A DNA stretch of 64,000 bases from assembly GCA_951406725.2 (NCBI GenBank), contig OX597815.1, positions 189,906,001 to 189,970,000 on the forward strand, written 5' to 3'. Of the stretch, positions 39,908 through 51,931 are shown one piece after another. Source of the DNA: Octopus vulgaris. Taxonomy: Eukaryota. Within the stretch, counting starts at the first letter, position 1. Each line of letters starts with the position of its first letter. The notes under the pieces were generated by a model. The model searched no databases, was not told where the DNA came from, and was given only the letters and a program-made list of their open reading frames with translations. Both the position numbers and the translations under genes were made by a program.

Positions 39908-40201
39908 AGATTTGTAAGGCAGCATCACCATTATCGCATACTTTTAGGACGTAGCTGTTATTTTTGTTTAAAAATAAATACATTTTGTTACTTTGATGTT
40001 GAAAATGACAATCTACAAACATAAAGCATTCTTCGTCTTCAAAAGAACTATTTAATCAATGTAACATTTTCCTGTCCAATGGACACCTTTTGGCATCGAT
40101 TTGTCAGAAAATATTTTGGATTATCTGATCTCATAAATTCATCATTTTGTAGATAAAAGCTAAGAAAATAAAAATACCGTATATGCAATATCTAGTTTCA
40201 T
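39908..40201 (-). pseudogene. Frameshifted first coding exon: signal peptide + CUB-like segment
   Basis: Removing one base in each of two homopolymers gives MKLDIAYTVFLFLSFYLQ..YFLTNRC..EECFMFV..MYLFL..VCDNGDAALQI (97 aa), ending at a GTAAGT donor in phase 1. Confidence 0.5.
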
Positions 40202-40743
40202 CTGTTGCTAGATTAACAATGTTCCTTGATGCTGCCTGAGTTATTCTCATCTATGGTAATTGTTCAACCAATAGGAAACACTTCAGTTAATTCCTTGCAG
40301 AAAGAAGAACGTTATTCCTCCATTATTGAATCACTAATTTCTATCTACACAAATTTCCTTTAAAACATAATCTTCAAAAGCTTCACAGAACCTTTGAATG
40401 GAGGAGACAAAATAAGGATTTGACTATTAGCAGTCAGTCTTTCTACTCTGCAGTTACTCTTCATGCTGAGTAAACTTCAGTAGAATATCAAAACACTCAT
40501 GCATAATACGTGTCTTTTGTTAATATTTTAGTTCAACTAAAAATTATGCTTATTTATATAACATTATCAACCAAACTTGTTTTATTCGTAACAAAATAAA
40601 GGCGAACTCTCCCTGAGTTTGCTTTGATTATAGACGTAAATTAACTACAGCAACTTTATATGCGAACAAGTGAGTGACTTCAAGCAGCTTCTACAGCTTT
40701 GCTAAAATGAATTCATAACAAATTATACTTGCCAAGTAAAATG

Positions 40744-41171
40744 GAATCTTTTCGGTTTGAACGGCAGTTTTTTCTAGCGGTGTCATATGAAATTGTCACC
40801 CATAATTATGACCCTAGTATTGATCTATTGCATTTCAATCTTCTTTAGGGTTAGGGTTAGATAGGGTTAGGGGTGGGGGAGGTTATCTTTTTTTCTTCAC
40901 AAATGTAAATAAACCCAATGTGTTTCTTAAACGAGGGACATATTCATACAGCACATAATGTTTTTTACCTCAATAGACGTCATTGATTGGTTGAAATTGC
41001 AGAAATTGAAGAGAAAAAAACAACAAATATCTTACAAACTATAGAATTTTCTCAATAAAGCCAAGAGAAAAAGATGTTTTATAAACACATTCTACCAGTA
41101 TACGAAGTTTTAAAATTTTTTTAGTTACCTAGAAATTATGTTAAAAACTGCCGTTCAAACCGAAAAGATCC
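40744..41171. mobile_element. Non-autonomous TIR element with 8-bp TSD and internal TTAGGG repeats
   Basis: TIR G(A/G)ATCTTTTCGGTTTGAACGGCAGTTTTT at both ends, TSD GTAAAATG, TTAGGG units at about 40845-40872. Confidence 0.85.
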
Positions 41172-41473
41172 GTAAAATGAGATATTCCAGGCCATTTCTA
41201 TGCTTTATCAATAAACTGATGAGTGCATTAAGGACTTAATCCTGTGTCAATGATTTCTATAGTTTAGTCCTGGAAACTGCTATAAATTTGCTGCTCAAAC
41301 AATAAAGTCATCAATTCTATTGTTTCTTTCCATTTCATCAGTTTTTTTCTTTTTTTATTAGTTTCAGTAATTGTTTTAGGATTTTTGTAGAGCAAAGTAA
41401 AGCTGTTCCTATTGTTAGATTAACTAGAAGGTCTGTCGTGCACAGGCTTTGATTTCTTAATGGATGGAGTTTT

Positions 41474-41965
41474 TCGTCGTCATCGTTATCATCATCATCA
41501 TCGTCATTATCATCATCATCATCGTCATTATCATCATCATCATCATCATCATTACTGTCGTCATTATCATTATTGTCATCACCATCATCATCATCGTCAT
41601 TGTCATCAACATCACCATTCTCATCATCATCATCATCATCTTCATCATTGCCATCATCGTCATCATTGTTGTCGTCAGCATCATCACTATCATCATCGTC
41701 ATCATCACTGCCATCACCATCATCATCACCATCACCATCAGCATCATTAACATTGCCATCATCGTCATCATTGTTGTCGTCAGCATCATCACAATCATCA
41801 TCATTGTCATCATCACTGCCATCATCATCAGCAGCACCATCAGCATCATCAACATTGCCATCATCGTCATCATTGTTGTCGTCAACATCATCACTATCAT
41901 TATCATTGTCATCACTACCATCATCATCATCATCATCATTCCCATCATCACCATCAGCATCAATG
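41474..41965. repeat. (CAT)n-rich array
   Basis: Directly visible. Confidence 0.9.
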
Positions 41966-42275
41966 CTTTAATTACGATATTGTTGCTTAAGATCCCAGTA
42001 AGCTTTGATTGAACAAACCATTAATCAAAGGCATTCCTTGATCTGACCATTCTCTCTGTTCGCATATTAGGGGCAATGCTATCGTCCCTATTACCATATC
42101 ATAGCTTATGACCTTTCTACCTGTTCACATATTGAGGACTGTTACAATCCAGTGCGTGCTTTCTTTTATACAAGCCGACAAAGTGTGATTTAAGGGACAT
42201 TCCCCTACCGACTTTAGCAGCTAATCTAATCACAAAAAGAATCCATTATAAGTCTTCTACTCTATGTGGATATTC

Positions 42276-42815
42276 TATTGGGTTGGTGCATAATTATTGC
42301 AGCATTTTTCAACAAATTTTATTCAACAAAAACAACTTTAAATGATTATTCCGGAGCATATTCACCATCTACTTCAATTACTGTTTCCCATTTGCTTGGC
42401 AGATGGTCAGACCATCATTTAACCCTTTCATTACTGTATTTATTTTGAGATGCTCTGTGTTTCTTTCAATTACTTTAAATATAACAAAAAACTTAGTAAA
42501 ATATCTTAGTTATCATTAAGTCAGTGTTAGGAACATAAATTATGACTAAGGTTTGGTGGAAGATTTTAATTCAAAACCGATAGAAACAAGACATTTGTAC
42601 TTTTGAATTAAAATCTTCCACCAAACCTTAGTCATAATTTATGTTCCTAACACTAACTTAATGATAACTAAGATATTTTTCTAAATTTTTTGTTATATTT
42701 AAAGTAATTGAAAGAAACACAGAGCATCTCAAAAGATGTTTTTGTTAAATATTGTTATTGTTTTTGTTGAATAAAATTTGTTGAAAAAAAGCCACAATAA
42801 TTATACATTAACCCA

Positions 42816-42848
<33 letters not shown>

Positions 42849-43079
42849 CTGCATTTGAGCATAATTATTGTTGCTTTTTTTCAACAAATTTTATTCAACA
42901 AAAACTACAACAATATTTAACAAAAACACCTTTAAATGATTATTCCGGAGTATATTCACCATCTACTTCTATTACTGCTTCTCATTTGCTTTGCAGATGG
43001 TCAGACCATCATTTAAAGATGTTTTCGTTAAATCAAATTTGTTGAAAAAAAGCTGCAATGAATATGTACCAACCCAATA
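42276..43079. mobile_element. Two mariner-type MITEs; the first carries a folded-back piggyBac MITE
   Basis: TA-TTGGGTTGGTGCATAATTATTGC TIRs (MADE1-like). Insert 42419-42734 has ~133-bp inverted arms. The second copy shows the empty TTAA site. Confidence 0.8.
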
Positions 43080-43669
43080 TGTTCCTATACCTATTGGATA
43101 GGTTTCCAGTTCAGCATATTACTACTCGTCTCAATATTCGTGACAAATCCCCAATTTGTCCCAGTGTCCAGATGTCTGTTCTCATCATTTTTCTTCAACT
43201 CATTCTCATGTTCTCTCTCTCTGCAAACTGACCCTGTACCATGTATGATGCTTTTCTTTATCAAGTCTCATGTAGGCAATGACAAGTGGCCGAGGCTTTT
43301 GAGGATGTGCTGTGCTTGAGAAGACACATCAAGCAAAGTGAAATTGTAGCTGTGGCCGGTGCCAGTGGAACGTGAAAGGTACCTGTGCCGATGACACGTA
43401 AAAGGCACCCAGTCCACTCTGTAGAGTGGTCGGCATTAGGAAGGGCTTCTAGTTATAGAAACTATGCTAAAGCAGACCTTGCCAATACTGGTGCCACATG
43501 AAAATTACTCAGTCCACACTGTAAAGTGGTTGGCATTAGGAAGGGCACCCAGCTGTAGAAATGAAGGTAAAACAGACAATTGGAGTCTGGTGCAGCTCTG
43601 CAGCCAACCCATTCCGGTCAAACTATGTAACCCATGCTAATTGGAAAATGGAGGCTAAATGATAATCAG

Positions 43670-44015
43670 GAGGAGGGAGGGGAGGAGGAGGAGGAGAAGG
43701 AGGGTGAGGAGGTGGAGGAAAAGGAGGAGGAGGAGAATGACGATTATGATGATGAGGAGAAGGAAGAGGAGGACGATTATGAGGAGGAAGAGGAGATGGA
43801 GGAGGAGGAAGAAGAGGTGGAGGAGGAGGAAGAAGTGGTGGAGGAGGAGGAAGAAGGGGTGGAGGAGGACGAAGAGGTGGACGATTAGATGATGAGGAGG
43901 AGGAAGAGGTAGAGGGTGGGGATGATGACAATGGTGATGAGAAGGAGGAGAAGGAGGATGACGATTATGATGATGATGATGAGAAGGAAGAGGGAGTGGA
44001 GAATGATGATGATGA
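43670..44015. repeat. (GAG/GAT)n low-complexity tail
   Basis: Follows an RTE-type 3' end. Confidence 0.85.
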
Positions 44016-44641
44016 TAATTCCTCTGTCTTTACACATTCTGTGTTTCTACAAATACAATTCTCTAACTCTTACACACACACACACATGCTAATTCCTTTA
44101 AACGACCTGCTGTTCGCTCAGCTCCCTAGCGTTACATCTTTTTACACTGATTAGTATGGTGACCTATAATGGAGTTCACCTCACATCTCTAGAATGCCTC
44201 TGCTACAGGACATTCGTATTCTTACATCTCATTGAAAAATGGCCACATTCCAACATCTAAGCCATTGTTATTATCAATCCAATACCAAACAGACTCTAAC
44301 ATTTATATCTGGTGATTCATCTGAGCACTCTATTTCATTGGTTGTGTGACCCCTATCTGATCTGGTGCCTATGAGGGAATTCCTATGCAGTTGATCAACC
44401 CAGTAAAAACAGCAGTCAAATCTCTGATAGATTACATTTTATCATGTTAAAAATAAAGGACATATTAGATAATATAGTCTTGGATTACCCTAAAAAATGA
44501 TGGAATAGTCGTGTCTGGAATATATCTCATCATAGGTGCCCTTAATATTAACCTAGAGCTGAACAACAACAACAACAGCAAAAAAAAAAAACAATGAACC
44601 CAGTGCATATCTTCCACAAATGTTAGTATTTCCAATGATAC

Positions 44642-47147
44642 AAGGCAGTGAGCTGGCAGAAACATTAGCACACTGGGCGAAATACTTAGTGGTATTTCGT
44701 CTGTCATTACATTCTGAGTTCAAATTCCGCCGAGGTCGAATTTGCCTTTCATCCTTTCAGGGTCGATAAATTAAGTACCAGTTGCATACTGGATCAATCT
44801 AATCAAAATTTCAGGCCTTGTGCCTAGAATAGAAAAGAATATTATACAGAATGTAAGGCGGCAAGCTGGCAGAAACGTTAACACTCCGGGCGAAATGCTT
44901 AGTAGTATTTCATCTGTCTTTACATTCTGCGTTCAAATTCTGCTAAAGTCGACTTTGCTTTTCATTCTTTCTGGGTCGATCGATAAATTAAGTACCAGTT
45001 GCATACTGGATCAATCTAATCAACTGGACCCCTCCCTTAAAATTTCAGGCCTTGTGCCTAGAATAGAAAAGAATATTATACAGAATGTAAGGTGGCAAGC
45101 TGGCAGAAACGTTAACACTCCGGGCGAAATGCTTAGTAGTATTTCATCTGTCTTTACATTCTGCGTTCAAATTCTGCTAAGGTCGACTTTGCTTTTCATT
45201 CTTTCTGGGTCGATAAATTAAGTACCAGTTGCATACTGGATCAATCTAATCAACTGGACCCCTCCCTTAAAATTTCAGGCCTTGTGCCTAGAATAGAAAA
45301 GAATATTATACAGAATGTAAGGCGGCGAGCTGGCAGAAACGTTAACACTCCGGGCGAAATGCTTAGTAGTATTTCATCTGTCTTTACATTCTGCGTTCAA
45401 ATTCTGCTAAGGTCGACTTTGCTTTTCATTCTTTCTGGGTCGATAAATTAAGTACCAGTTGCATACTGGATCAATCTAATCAACTGGCCTCCTCCCTCAA
45501 AATTTCAGGCCTTGTGCCTAGAATAGAAAAGAATATTATACAGAATGTAAGGCGGCAAGCTGGCAGAAACGTTAACACTCCGGGCGAAATGCTTAGTAGT
45601 ATTTCATCTGTCTTTACATTCTGCGTTCAAATTCTGCTAAGGTCGACTTTGCTTTTCATTCTTTCTGGGTCGATAAATTAAGTACCAGTTGCATACTGGA
45701 TCAATCTAATCAACTGGCCTCCTCCCTTAAAATTTCAGGCCTTGTGCCTAGAATAGAAAAGAATATTATACAGAATGTAAGGCGGCAAGCTGGCAGAAAC
45801 GTTAACACTCCGGGCGAAATGCTTAGTAGTATTTCATCTGTCTTTACATTCTGCGTTCAAATTCTGCTAAAGTCGACTTTGCTTTTCATTCTTTCTGGGT
45901 CGATAAATTAAGTACCAGTTGCATACTGGATCAATCTAATCAACTGGCCTCCTCCCTCAAAATTTCAGGCCTTGTGCCTAGAATAGAAAAGAATATTATA
46001 CAGAATGTAAGGCGGCGAGCTGGCAGAAACGTTAACACTCCGGGCGAAATGCTTAGTAGTATTTCATCTGTCTTTACATTCTGCGTTCAAATTCTGCTAA
46101 AGTCGACTTTGCTTTTCATTCTTTCTGGGTCGATAAATTAAGTACCAGTTGCATACTGGATCAATCTAATCAACTGGCCCCTCCCTCAAAATTTCAGGCC
46201 TTGTGCCTAGAATAGAAAAGAATATTATACAGAATGTAAGGTGGCAAGCTGGCAGAAACGTTAACACTCCGGGCGAAATGCTTAGTAGTATTTCATCTGT
46301 CTTTACATTCTGCGTTCAAATTCTGCTAAAGTCGACTTTGCTTTTCATTCTTTCTGGGTCGATAAATTAAGTACCAGTTGCATACTGGATCAATCTAATC
46401 AACTGGACCCCTCCCTCAAAATTTCAGGCCTTGTGCCTAGAATAGAAAAGAATATTATACAGAATGTAAGGTGGCAAGCTGGCAGAAACGTTAACACTCC
46501 GGGCGAAATGCTTAGTAGTATTTCATCTGTCTTTACATTCTGCGTTCAAATTCTGCTAAAGTCGACTTTGCTTTTCATTCTTTCTGGGTCGATAAATTAA
46601 GTACCAGTTGCATACTGGATCAATCTAATCAACTGGACCCCTCCCTCAAAATTTCAGGCCTTGTGCCTAGAATAGAAAAGAATATTATACAGAATGTAAG
46701 GTGGCAAGCTGGCAGAAACGTTAACACTCCGGGCGAAATGCTTAGTAGTATTTCATCTGTCTTTACATTCTGCGTTCAAATTCTGCTAAAGTCGACTTTG
46801 CTTTTCATTCTTTCTGGGTCGATAAATTAAGTACCAGTTGCATACTGGATCAATCTAATCAACTGGCCTCCTCCCTCAAAATTTCAGGCCTTGTGCCTAG
46901 AATAGAAAAGAATATTATACAGAATGTAAGGTGGCAAGCTGGCAGAAACGTTAACACTCCGGGCGAAATGCTTTGTAGTATTTCATCTGTCTTTACATTC
47001 TGCGTTCAAATTCTGCTAAGGTCGACTTTGCTTTTCATTCTTTCTGGGTCGATAAATTAAGTACCAGTTGCATACTATGGTCGATCTAATCAACTGGGGC
47101 CCTCCCCAAAAATTTCGGGCCTTGTGCTTAGAGTAGAAAAGAATATT
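44642..47147 (+). repeat. Tandem array of 11 SINE units (period ~230 bp)
   Basis: Units start near 44642, 44855, 45089, 45319, 45549, 45779, 46009, 46238, 46468, 46698 and 46928. Flanked by TATTTC(C/T)AATGATACA. Confidence 0.95.
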
Positions 47148-47352
47148 TCTAATGATACATTAGATATATTTATCCCTGTATGAACAGAGTTAATTGCTTG
47201 ACCTTTCGATGATACAAGGCTCCCATCAACAACAGGTTCTACCTATTGATTTGTATCAGAGGGGGCAACCAATTACATCAACACCAGCGCTAAAGTGGTA
47301 TTTATAGTATTGATCCTGAGACAATGAAAGACAAATTTAACCTCAGAAAGGT

Positions 47353-47581
47353 TTAACCCTTTAGTGTTTGCATTATTCTGCCAAAATTAATGCTTTTTTA
47401 TCCACATTGTTTTGAACTAATCATGCATTATCTTGTAGCTCTGAGATTTCAATGAGGTAGCTGTTAATTTTTAAAACGATATTGTAGGGTTGGTGTGAGA
47501 GACCAGATCTCGCCAGTTTGAACATAAAACAAGCAGAATACTTTTGGCCGGACATGGCCGGTTTAAATGCTAAAGGGTTAA
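47353..47581. mobile_element. piggyBac-type MITE (second family)
   Basis: TTAA-CCCTTTAG...CTAAAGGG-TTAA, inserted into a decayed SINE. Confidence 0.8.
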
Positions 47582-49219
47582 ACTCAGAACATAAAGAGCC
47601 CTAACTACATACAGCAATGTATTTTGCCCAGAGCTCTGATGATTCTATCAATCACCCAGCTTATGTATATTTGTAATATACAATCTTTTTTGATGATTGA
47701 TTATCTCATGAGAAAAGGGAAGAAATACTTCATCATAAATTTATATTCTCAATGAAGCAACACTAAACTTAAACATTATCTTCACAAAATTTGGGATGTT
47801 TTAAACCAAGTTGTCATAATATGGTCCTTTAACCTCATATGCAGCCTTATTGTATAGGCTTCCTGCCAATTTATTCTGTTTTATTAAGAAGTCAGGAGGC
47901 GCAGGAGTGGCTGTGTGGTAAGTAGCTTGTTTACCAACCACATGGTTCCGGGTTCAGTCCCACTGCGTGGTACCTTGGGCAAGTGTCTTCTACTATAGCC
48001 TCGGGCCGACCAAAGCCTTGTGAGTGGATTTGGTAGACGGAAACTGAAAGAAGCCCATCGTATATATGTATATATATGCGTGTGTGTGTTTGTGTGTCTG
48101 TGTTTGTCCCCCTAGCATTGCTTGACAACCGATGCTGGTGTGTTTATGTCACCGTTACTTAGCGGTTCGGCAAAAGAGACCGATAGAATAAGTACTGGGC
48201 TTACAAAAGAATAAGTCCCAGGGTCGAGTTGCTCGATTAAAGGCGGTGCTCCAGCATGGCCGCAGTCAAATGACTGAAACAAGTAAAAGAGTAAAAGAGT
48301 AGAGTAAGTCAGGATTGATATAAATATGAAGAAAACAGAATGTAGGTGCTATTAAACTAAGTAAAACACTGAATTTCATGTTCAGTCCCTATACAAGGTT
48401 TTCAGCTCAGTCCTACCACAGGGCACCTGGAACAAGTGCTCTCTATTATAGCCCCAGGTCAACTAAAGCCTTGTGAGTGGATTTGCTGGACAGAAACTGA
48501 AAGAAACGTTGGAAACTTGAGAATAAAAGAAGCTATTTTAATTAACAAGCACACACATGAATTAATAACAGATTTGAACTGCACCCAACTGATTTTATAC
48601 TAGCGTAATGCAAATCAAACCTTTATGCATTTGCACTACAAAGCAAGGAAATCAGCTACCAATATTTTCTTCATCAGAAACAGGAGACAGAGGAAAGTCC
48701 AAGAGAAATGGAAGACAGGGGAAAAGCTCACTAACGATCCACATGTAGTTACATTTTGAAGCAAATATATATATATATATATGTAAGTTCACTTAGAAGT
48801 TTGATGAGCCTCATTAAGGTATAGTAATATCGAATGAATTACTGGTTCGTTACCTAATATTTGTTGTGAATATTAATTATAATACTCATGAATAATAGGT
48901 AATTAGATAAACCAAGGTTTATATTTATTCAAGAAAAATAAGAAATTGGAGATAAATCAATTAATAAGTATATTCATTAACTGCAAAAATAAACATAATC
49001 TCTAATGGCGATGATGATGATGTTTATTTTTGCAGTTAATGAATATACTTATTGATTGATTTATCGCTCATTTCTTATTTTATATATATGCACACACACA
49101 CATATATATTTAATTAAAGACTATGTTAACCTCAGAAGAGATGGTTGCTTCCAAGGAAATACTGGTTCAATATCTAGTCCTTTTGGTGAATGAAATTCTC
49201 TTAAAGCAATAGGTATATA

Positions 49220-50513
49220 TCAGGTCATACCATAAGTTCTGTCCGATTTTACCTTTTTTAAAATCGAATGGAATTTTATAGTATTTTTTAATGTCTAATG
49301 GAATTAAAAGTTATTTTTAGGCATTTATGTACATTTAAACTCATTAAGTATTATTTTACAAAATAATAGAATTAAAATTTCTTTGATTAAAACCTTTTCT
49401 AACATGGAAGTATCCAAAGAGCATTTAAGGCACATAATGCTTTATGAGTACAAAAAAGGAAACTCTGAAGCCGAAGCAACTTGAAACACAAACTCAGTTT
49501 AAGGGGAAGAATGCTTGAATGAAAGAACTTGCAGTAGATGGTTTGCAAAATTCAGAAGTGGAGATTTCAGCCTTGAAGATGAAGATCAAACTGGATGTCA
49601 AGTTGAGTTTGATGATAAGCTCCTTGAGGCACTAGTTAAAGAAAATCCTGTATTATCAGTTGAAAAACTAGCAATAAAGCTTAGTTCAAACCATACAACT
49701 GTTCATCATCATCTTCAACAACTTGGAAAGGTTCTTAAACTTGGAAAATGGGTGCCTCATGAATTGTCCGAAAGCAACCACAAATCCCGAGTTGACATCT
49801 GCTCTTCTCTCCATTCTCGTGAACTCATTTCACCCTTTTTGGATAGACTTGTGACTGGTGATGAAAAATGGATCTTCTATTGAAATGTTAACTGTCATAA
49901 ACAGTGGCTTGGTAAAATGGAAACAGCTCAATCACAACCGAGAAGGGAACTTCATGGGAAAAAGGTTCTTCTCTCTATCTGCTGGAATTGCAAAGGAGTA
50001 ATTCACTTTGAATTGTTACCACCTAATGCAACAATCACTGCTCAAGTCTCCTGTCAGCAATTAGAGTGTTTAAACCAAGCTTTGAAGACAAAAAGACCCG
50101 CTTTAGTGAATTGAAAAGGAGTGATGTTTCATCAGGACAATGCATGACCCCACACTGCAAAGATCACATCACAGAAGATCGAAGAGCTTGGTTGGGAAAA
50201 AATTCCTCATCCACCTTATTCTCCCGACCTTGCTCCTTCAGACTATCATTTGTTTTGTAGTTTACAGAATCATTTGGGGTGGGGGGACATAATTTTCACA
50301 AGTCAGTAGGAGGTCGAAACTGACATTTCTGAGTTCTTCACTTTGAAACCAAAAGAGTTTTAAATTGATGGGATTAAAAAGCTTGTAAATAGATGGAAGG
50401 AATTCATAGATAATCAGGGAAAGTACATTGATGATTAAATTTCAATTAAATATAACATTTGATCACTTGTTTTCTTTATTCAAATTTCGGACAGAACTTA
50501 TGGGATGACCTGA
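49220..50513 (+). mobile_element. Full-length inactive mariner transposon
   Basis: TA TSD, TIR TCAGGTCAT(A/C)CCATAAGTTCTGTCCGA, about 1.29 kb. Confidence 0.95.
49404..50438 (+). pseudogene. mariner DD34D transposase pseudogene
   Basis: WVPHEL, VTGDEKW, HQDNA and HPPYSPDLAPSDYHLF motifs, with several stops and frameshifts. Confidence 0.92.
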
Positions 50514-50522
50514 TATTAAGCA

Positions 50523-50858
50523 TATAGTTTATATCCGTTTAATAGTAGAAAAGAAAATGGAGATAAGGAAGTTAATAATTGTTTATTATTAACAACTAAT
50601 CGCTCATTTTCCCTTCTTACAGACATTTCAATTAATACTCAGTAATTTAATTACAAATTTCTACATTAAATTTGCATTTATGTGAAGTGAAGCCCACATA
50701 TAACATCCAAATGTACATCTTTTACCCTTAATGAATTTGTAATTAAATTATTGAGTATTAATTGAAACAGCTGTAAGAAGCCAATTTGTTGTTAATAATA
50801 ATCAATTAACTCCCTAACCTCCATTTTCTTTTCTTCTTTTAAATGGATATAAACTATG
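50523..50858. mobile_element. Penelope-like foldback
   Basis: Inverted arms of about 130-140 bp. The right arm has GAAA-CAGCTG-TA, resembling the 3' half of a hammerhead. Confidence 0.5.
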
Positions 50859-51086
50859 TATATATTTCTTTATTGCCGACAGGGGGCTAGACATAGAGGG
50901 GACAAACAAGGACAGTGCAAAAGTATTAAGTCGATTACATCGACCCCAGTGCGTAACTGGTACTTATTTAATCAACCCCGAGAAGATGAAAGGCAAAGCC
51001 GATCTCAGGAGAAATTTGAACTCAGAACATAACAGCAGTAGAAATAATACTAAGCATTTCGCCCGGCATGCTAACGTTTCTGCCAG

Positions 51087-51128
<42 letters not shown>

Positions 51129-51134
51129 TGTGCA

Positions 51135-51199
<65 letters not shown>

Positions 51200-51894
51200 A
51201 CATATATATACACGCACACATATGTTTTACTCTTTCACTCTTTTACTTGTCTCAGTCATTTGACTGTGGCCATGCTGGAGCAGTGCCTTTAGTTGAGCAA
51301 ATCAGCCCCAGGACTTATTCTTTGTAAGAGACTGGTAGAATAAGTACTAACTTATTCTACCGGTCTCTTTTGCCGAATCACTAAGTTATGGGGATGTAAA
51401 CACACCAGCATCAGTTGTCAAGCGATGTTAGCGGGGGCAAACACAGACACACACACACATACACACACACACATATATATATATACATATATATGATGGG
51501 CTTCTTTCAGTTTCTGTCTACCAAATCCACTCTCAAGGCTTTTGTTGGCCCAAGGCTATAGTAGAAGTCACTTGCCCAAGGTGCCACGCAGTGGGACTGA
51601 ACCCGGAACTATGTGGTTGGTAAGCAAGCTGCTTACCACACAGCCACTCCTGGTAAATATGCATGTTTTGGTGAGTATGCATATGTATATGTTTGTGTCT
51701 CCTAGTCTTGACATCACATGATTGCTGTAAATTGATATCATTTAATTTCAATATTCTGCAAAAACATGTCTGGCCATGGAAAAATATTATTTGGCTCAGC
51801 AACAGGAAAGGCACCTGTCTCACTGAAACCCCTTCCAACCCATGCAAGCATAGAGAAGGGGACATTAAAATAATGATGGTGATGGTGATGATGG

Positions 51895-51931
<37 letters not shown>

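Noticed and set aside
40010-40060. Plus-strand LRR-like *SILRLQKNYL
   Set aside because: Single motif containing a stop. The minus-strand reading explains this region better.
44642-47147. CRISPR-like array
   Set aside because: Units are whole SINEs with an invariant linker. No unique spacers and no cas genes.
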